Assembly (NCBI GenBank): GCA_965602015.1
Contig: OZ271918.1
Location: 1-64,000 of the forward strand
Length of the DNA stretch: 64,000 bases
Direction: 5' to 3'
DNA from: Salinispira sp.
GTDB taxonomy: Bacteria; Spirochaetota; Spirochaetia; DSM-27196; Salinispiraceae
Made by a program: the position numbers and the translations under genes. Numbering within the stretch: the stretch's first letter is position 1; the number at the start of each line of letters is the position of its first letter. The notes beneath the pieces were generated by a model that worked only from the letters and a program-made list of their open reading frames with translations, was not told the origin of the DNA and made no database searches. Positions 58,834-64,000 of the stretch are shown one piece after another.

Positions 58834-60306
58834 ATGAAGCGAATAATGCAAACAAGTACACGGCGTCGGGTGCGCCAGCTTTCCACAATGCTTTTTGTCT
58901 GGGCTTGCGGCATCCTTTTCAGTCCGGGCGTATTTGCCGATGACTGGGAGATAACCCAGGTCGACAGTTCATCCCTTCTCACCGCGGGAAGCATAAGGGT
59001 GTATCTGAGGTCGCAGAATCAATCGGGTGAAACTCCGGCGCAGAACGGCGCCCAGGGGGCAGAGGATTCGGAAAGCCGCGGCGCAGCTCCTTCGGTTCGT
59101 GATTTTCGAGTCCGGGACCGCGACGCCGGCCCCCTTGAAGTGCTTTCCGCGGAGAGCGGGGTGTTGCGGGAAGAGGGAATATCGTTTTTGATGCTTCTGG
59201 ATAACTCGGGTTCCATGTACGACGAACAGTTCAACGGGCGGCGGAGGATTGACGAAGCCGTCGACGCCATCAGGGATTTTACCGGACTCACGGCCGCAAG
59301 CGGGGACCGGATGGGCATGGCCCTGTTCGACACAGGTCTTACACCGGTAGCCCTGCCCGGCGACCGTCACCGTGATATTTTGCGCACCCTGGAAACCCTC
59401 AGACGGCCTGAGCGGCAGGATGCCTATACCGAGCTCTATAATGCCCTGCTGGACAGCGCGGACGACATGGCCGATCTGACGGGACGGCGGGCCATCATCC
59501 TTTTGTCCGACGGCAGGAACCTGCCGTATTTGCTGTCCGAAGCTGAGCCCAATCCCACATGGGGCGAGCGTTTGCCCCTGGCCGGCGATGTTTCCCGGGC
59601 GCTTCTGCAGGCGGGGGTCACCCTGTATGCGGTTAATTTTTCCGACGATGAGGATCCGGGGCTGGCGCAGATTGCATCGGCCTCCGGAGGCGCGGTGTAC
59701 CGGGCGCGGTCGGGCAGCGAGCTGGCCCGGGTCTATGAAAATATCCGGAACGACATTCTCAACGAGCTTCGCCTGGAGATCCTGGCGCCGGCAATAGACC
59801 GCAGCGACCGCCAACTGATAATCGGATACGACGGCGGAGAGATTCGCGCAGACTACTACATTCCGCGAATTTTCGCTCCGGGCCGCGGCGAGGAGCCGAC
59901 GGCCTGGCCGCTTATTATCCTTTTTCTCGCCATCGCCGCGGGGGGAACCGCAATCCTGTTCCTGTTCCCCTTTGAGGGGCCGGCGAAGGCTGCCCAGCTT
60001 CGCCAGGTGGACAGCCGGCTCACCGCGGTGTTGCGCAATGACGTCACCTCCATCGGCTCAGATCCCGCCGCCGGACTGACCCTGGCGGGAAATCCCGCAG
60101 TGGAGGCCGAGCATGCCACGGTGGTCAGGGATGACCGGGGAACCTACCGCCTCGAGTCGGGAAAAATCGTCATGGTAAACAACCAGCCGGTTACCAAGAC
60201 CCGGCTTCGTCCCGGGGATGTCATTCGAATCGAGGGAACCACCCTGATTTTTGATGAGCCCGAATCCCGGCCTCCGCGCAAGACAAAGAGCGGCAAATCG
60301 GAGTAG
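58834..60306 (+). CDS. vWA domain - TM - FHA-like domain protein
   Basis: Signal; MIDAS LLDNSGSM, YTELYNAL, ILLSDG; TM; SIGS...EHATV...VNNQPV..LRPGDVIRI. Confidence 0.88.
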   Translation: MKRIMQTSTRRRVRQLSTMLFVWACGILFSPGVFADDWEITQVDSSSLLTAGSIRVYLRSQNQSGETPAQNGAQGAEDSESRGAAPSVRDFRVRDRDAGPLEVLSAESGVLREEGISFLMLLDNSGSMYDEQFNGRRRIDEAVDAIRDFTGLTAASGDRMGMALFDTGLTPVALPGDRHRDILRTLETLRRPERQDAYTELYNALLDSADDMADLTGRRAIILLSDGRNLPYLLSEAEPNPTWGERLPLAGDVSRALLQAGVTLYAVNFSDDEDPGLAQIASASGGAVYRARSGSELARVYENIRNDILNELRLEILAPAIDRSDRQLIIGYDGGEIRADYYIPRIFAPGRGEEPTAWPLIILFLAIAAGGTAILFLFPFEGPAKAAQLRQVDSRLTAVLRNDVTSIGSDPAAGLTLAGNPAVEAEHATVVRDDRGTYRLESGKIVMVNNQPVTKTRLRPGDVIRIEGTTLIFDEPESRPPRKTKSGKSE

Positions 60307-60339
60307 ACTTGCCGGGAATACGCGAACCGGGAGTGGTCC

Positions 60340-60975
60340 ATGGCAGAAGGTTTTATCGAAAAACGCCGGGAAGAAGTGATCGATGTGCTTACCGATGCCT
60401 TCGCCCGGGATCTGATCGATACCGAGGAATACGAGCGGCGGGTGGGTAAGGCTCACGAGCTCAGCAGCATTCCCGAGCTAAACGCCCTGGCGGCGGACCT
60501 CCGTCCCTTGTTTAACGAGGACGCAAAGGCCTTGAGCCTCTACCCAGCTGCGGGAGATCTCTACCTCAAGACCTATTTCGCCAGCCAGCACTACGACGGC
60601 AACTGGCTTACCAACGAGAATGTTGAGCTTAGGGCCATAATGGGCTCCATGACCTGCGATTTCCGGCGGCCGGTTCTGGGGCCCCGGACAACGGTAAACC
60701 TGCGGGTTATTATGGGCGACGTGAAAATCATCATACCCCGGGGCTTGAGAATCAGCGTGGAAGTCACGCCGATTCTCGGTGACGTGACCAGGCAGCGGGG
60801 GGACAACCGCTTTGTGCGGCAGGTGAAGGGCATCATCAGCAGTTTTCTCGGCGGCGAAGAATCCCGGGAGCTCATTAACCCCAACTCTCATCCGGCGGCT
60901 GAAATTGTTATAACCGGCAGCATCTTTATGGGCAGCCTGAAAATTATTGAGAAGGATGAATCCCTCTTTTCCTGA
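60340..60975 (+). CDS. DUF1707 (SHOCT-like) plus LiaF-like C-terminal domain protein
   Basis: REEVIDVLTDAFARDLIDTEEYERRV...ELNALAADL; AIMGSMTCDF...MGDVKIIIP. Confidence 0.75.
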   Translation: MAEGFIEKRREEVIDVLTDAFARDLIDTEEYERRVGKAHELSSIPELNALAADLRPLFNEDAKALSLYPAAGDLYLKTYFASQHYDGNWLTNENVELRAIMGSMTCDFRRPVLGPRTTVNLRVIMGDVKIIIPRGLRISVEVTPILGDVTRQRGDNRFVRQVKGIISSFLGGEESRELINPNSHPAAEIVITGSIFMGSLKIIEKDESLFS

Positions 60976-61023
60976 ATACTATTGTGATTCTGTAATGAGA
61001 GTGGGGCAGCAGCGTAATTTTTT

Positions 61024-61176
61024 GGTACTGCCCCGAAAACAGCTGATTTTACTGCAATAAACCATTATGTGAGAACGACTAGAGTGAACGTGGGCGATGC
61101 TTGCAGTGAAACGGGGGGAAATCCTCTTCCACAAACGAATAAGATGATTTAAATCAGCTGTTTTCGGGGCAGTACA
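61024..61176. mobile_element. 153-bp MITE, copy 2 (inverted relative to copy 1)
   Basis: Same 25-bp TIRs; the reverse complement matches 34343-34495 with about 10 substitutions by manual alignment. Confidence 0.88.
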
Positions 61177-61202
61177 TATTTTTTATCGCCTCACTCTCGC
61201 GC

Positions 61203-62465
61203 TTACTCCTGTAATTTGATAAATCCCAACTCGAGACCGATATACTCCTGGGTTTTTGTGCCCTCGGGGAACAGGCCTTCTTCCCGGAAGCCGTCTTCCA
61301 GTCCGTAGACTATCTGGGTGTCGTCGCCGAAGTGGTAGAACAAGGTGCATGATATTCTCAGGCATTCGCGGTACAGACGGCGGACCTTTTTGAGTTTTTC
61401 CCTGTCGCTGAGGTCGTAGTCTCCAAGCACCGAGTGAATTTCGTCTATTGCGGCGGAAGCCTTTTCGACGGCGTCAGGGGTTACCACGACTTCGTGCCAG
61501 CCGGCCTTTATCGGGCGGGTGGTAATTTCTCCCTTCCGTTCCATTGAACGCATTCTCAAATAGAGCTGTCTGCCGGCCTGCACCAGGAAACAGCCAGGGG
61601 GTACCCGGACTTCAAGGCGTTCGCCGTTTTCCGTGTATACAAAAAGGCCCGAGTGGGTGCCCTGGGCATGAATAGCGAAGACATCGATGTCCTGGTGCAG
61701 GGCAGCCTGGACGGTTCCCGGTTTTCGGTCTTCCCAGTAGCTGGCATAGGTAGGGGCGATTTTGTGATGTCCGTCATTCATCAGGGATGTAAAATAGTCT
61801 TCCCTGAGCCCCAGCCCCTTGGCGAGCATTTGGGAAACCCGGGTCACCGGCTCGAGCATCATAATGCCGAACTCGTTCATGATTTCCCGCCAGCTATCTC
61901 TGAGCTTAGCCGATAGCTGAGCGGGAATGATGTTCCGCTCATCGGCGACGACGCTTGTTTTGCCGTCGGCTTGGAGAACCCCGACCCGTTCCCGGGGTTT
62001 TCTTCCGGTACGGGTTATCAGGTGATCCATGAAGCGGCCTTTGTGGTCCGGGTAATCGCTTCCGGGAATGGTGAAGGGCAGGTTGCCTTCGCTGAGCCGG
62101 TCGACGAATTTTCGGCAGGCGGCGCTGCTGTCGTGCTGGGAACACAGGGCGACCTCTTCGCCGATGGGGGTCGGGCCGTACTGGTAGCCCAAATCCTTGC
62201 GGAGGTCGTCGTCGGGGATTTCTATGCGCACATCTCCTCCCCTAATCTGGACTGCGGAGCAGTAGTAATCCTGCACTGCCTTGAGAAAGCGCGTTCGCAC
62301 CTTTTTGTCGAAGGCTTGGCTCTTTACCAGAGCCAGACCGTATTTATGAAGGCAGTCGCTGAGCAGTTCGGCATCATGCGGATCCTTGGAGTCCAGGTCG
62401 ATGGGTTCCATAAAATCCCGGGTGGATCGGATATCCGGATTGAACTCGCCGGTTTTATAACTCAT
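61203..62465 (-). CDS. 2OG-Fe(II) oxygenase (IPNS-like fold)
   Basis: HQD (HxD), GCFLVQAGRQL, GWHEVV (distal His), RIS (RxS). Confidence 0.8.
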   Translation of the reverse strand: MSYKTGEFNPDIRSTRDFMEPIDLDSKDPHDAELLSDCLHKYGLALVKSQAFDKKVRTRFLKAVQDYYCSAVQIRGGDVRIEIPDDDLRKDLGYQYGPTPIGEEVALCSQHDSSAACRKFVDRLSEGNLPFTIPGSDYPDHKGRFMDHLITRTGRKPRERVGVLQADGKTSVVADERNIIPAQLSAKLRDSWREIMNEFGIMMLEPVTRVSQMLAKGLGLREDYFTSLMNDGHHKIAPTYASYWEDRKPGTVQAALHQDIDVFAIHAQGTHSGLFVYTENGERLEVRVPPGCFLVQAGRQLYLRMRSMERKGEITTRPIKAGWHEVVVTPDAVEKASAAIDEIHSVLGDYDLSDREKLKKVRRLYRECLRISCTLFYHFGDDTQIVYGLEDGFREEGLFPEGTKTQEYIGLELGFIKLQE

Positions 62466-62703
62466 GGTGCATCCTCTTTCTCTGTTTTTGCGGCGGTTCG
62501 CTGAAATTTCCTACAGGCACTGTGGTGTTCATAAAAATGACCTCTATCTCCATTGTACCCCGAATTTCCTTGTTCAGCGAAAAATTTCACCTGTCCCGCC
62601 CGTTGGCTTACTGTGGGCATAGGCAGAATCGAGGGCGGCAGGCGGCTTTTTTCCCGTTTTTTCCCGGAATATGATATTATTCAGCCACCGGAGGAATTGC
62701 CGA

Positions 62704-64000
62704 ATGAGGAAAACCGTTACGCCGTTTACGCTGCAACAGGCCTGGAAAGATTTCACTGCAGAGTTCGCCGACTTGCCCGCTCTGGGTTTTGTGGACGAAG
62801 AACAGATAAGCTACGCCCAGCTTGGAGAGCGGATCGCATCCATTGCCGCCGCTTTGAAAAAACGGGGGATCAACGCCGGAGACCGGGTTGCCCTGCTCTC
62901 GGAAAACCGGCCCGAATGGGTTATGGCCTATTTCGCTATTAACAGCGTCGGCGCGGTTATTGTTCCTATCCTGCCGGATTTCCCTTCGGGAGATGTTGAA
63001 AATATCCTCCGGCACAGCGGAAGCCGGATGGTCATCGTCAGCGCGAAACTGGCGAACAGGGTGGAAGAGGCCCCCGCAGACTGCGCTGTTTTCGATATAG
63101 AAGAGCTTGCCGCAGTTGATGCGGCTCCCCTGCCTGCGGGTTTGCCGGTGGTGAAGGAAGACGACACTGCGTGCATCATTTATACATCGGGAACCACAGG
63201 TCAGTCGAAAGGCGTAATGCTCAGCAATAAAAACCTGGTGTGGAATGCCTGCGCATCCAAGGATATTCCGCCGATCCATCGCAAACACCGCATGCTTTCA
63301 ATTCTTCCTCTTTCCCATACCTACGAATGTACTCTGGGTATGATACTTCCCATGATTTCCGGCGCCCATGTGCATTATATAAAGCGGCCGCCCTCCGCCA
63401 CTGTTCTGCTGCCCGCCATGGCTCATGTTCGGCCTCACCTGATGCTTTCAGTGCCCCTGCTCATCGAGAAAATATATCGCCAGTCTGTACTGCCCCGATT
63501 TTCCGGAGACAATCTCGTTGGGCGCCTGTACAAAAAGGCCTTCTTCAGAAAGATCCTCAACGGACTTGCGGGAAAGAAACTAAAACGCATGTTCGGCCGC
63601 CGCTTGTTTTTCTTTGGCATCGGCGGCGCGGCCCTGGATCCGGAGGTTGAGCAGTTTCTACGGGAAGCAAAATTCCCCTACGCGATCGGTTACGGCCTCA
63701 CCGAAACCTCGCCGCTCATTGCCGGAGCGAATGCCAAAAAGTCCCGATACCGCTCCACCGGCCCCCTGGTCCCCGGTTTGGAAGTACGGCTGGATGACGT
63801 GAATGAAGAAGGGGTCGGCGAAATCGTGGTCAAGGGCCCCAGCGTCATGCAGGGATACTACAAAAATGAGGAAAAGACCCGGGAGGTACTGAGCGAAGAC
63901 GGCTGGTTCCGCACCGGCGATCTGGGTTCATTCGACAAGGACGGGTATTTGTACATCCGCGGGCGATTAAAAAACATGATCCTTGGCCCCAGCGGTGAAA
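62704..64000 (+). CDS. Long-chain fatty acid-CoA ligase (AMP-binding), partial
   Basis: Manual translation from ATG 62704: GDRVALLSENRPEW, IYTSGTTGQSKG, GYGLTET, GWFRTGDLG, RGRLKNMI; runs off the window, so absent from the ORF track. Confidence 0.92.
   Translation, partial: MRKTVTPFTLQQAWKDFTAEFADLPALGFVDEEQISYAQLGERIASIAAALKKRGINAGDRVALLSENRPEWVMAYFAINSVGAVIVPILPDFPSGDVENILRHSGSRMVIVSAKLANRVEEAPADCAVFDIEELAAVDAAPLPAGLPVVKEDDTACIIYTSGTTGQSKGVMLSNKNLVWNACASKDIPPIHRKHRMLSILPLSHTYECTLGMILPMISGAHVHYIKRPPSATVLLPAMAHVRPHLMLSVPLLIEKIYRQSVLPRFSGDNLVGRLYKKAFFRKILNGLAGKKLKRMFGRRLFFFGIGGAALDPEVEQFLREAKFPYAIGYGLTETSPLIAGANAKKSRYRSTGPLVPGLEVRLDDVNEEGVGEIVVKGPSVMQGYYKNEEKTREVLSEDGWFRTGDLGSFDKDGYLYIRGRLKNMILGPSGE

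Overview
A 64 kb bacterial chromosomal window. Lipoprotein signals, gene content and very acidic solute-binding proteins suggest a free-living, possibly halophilic spirochaete (inference). Most of it is housekeeping or transport: livKHMGF, a peptide ABC operon, hemW, hslO, menA, tpx, crtZ, an M29 aminopeptidase, an MCP, an adenylate cyclase, kinases, WecA with two Wzi-like genes, and an acyl-CoA synthetase. Four regions stand out. (1) 1-5749 is a minus-strand operon: GT4 glycosyltransferase, an unusually large double-glycine-leader precursor with a predicted papain-like Cys-His-Asp domain, an FGE-fold lipoprotein, a C39 peptidase ABC transporter and a HlyD-like adaptor. This is the best candidate for an undescribed export/effector system. 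(2) 53529-60975 has two divergent paralogues of an unrecognised domain, one fused to HU, heading a metallophosphoesterase / Ser-Thr kinase / membrane FHA / vWA-FHA operon. (3) An XRE-HTH regulator carries the CarH-type Wx9EH B12 motif and is divergent from an MCP. (4) An IS with 21-bp TIRs is accompanied by two 153-bp MITEs and a solo end with related termini, and a 78-bp tandem repeat lies nearby. No rRNA, tRNA or CRISPR array was recognised. All calls come from reading motifs by eye; no database searches were run.
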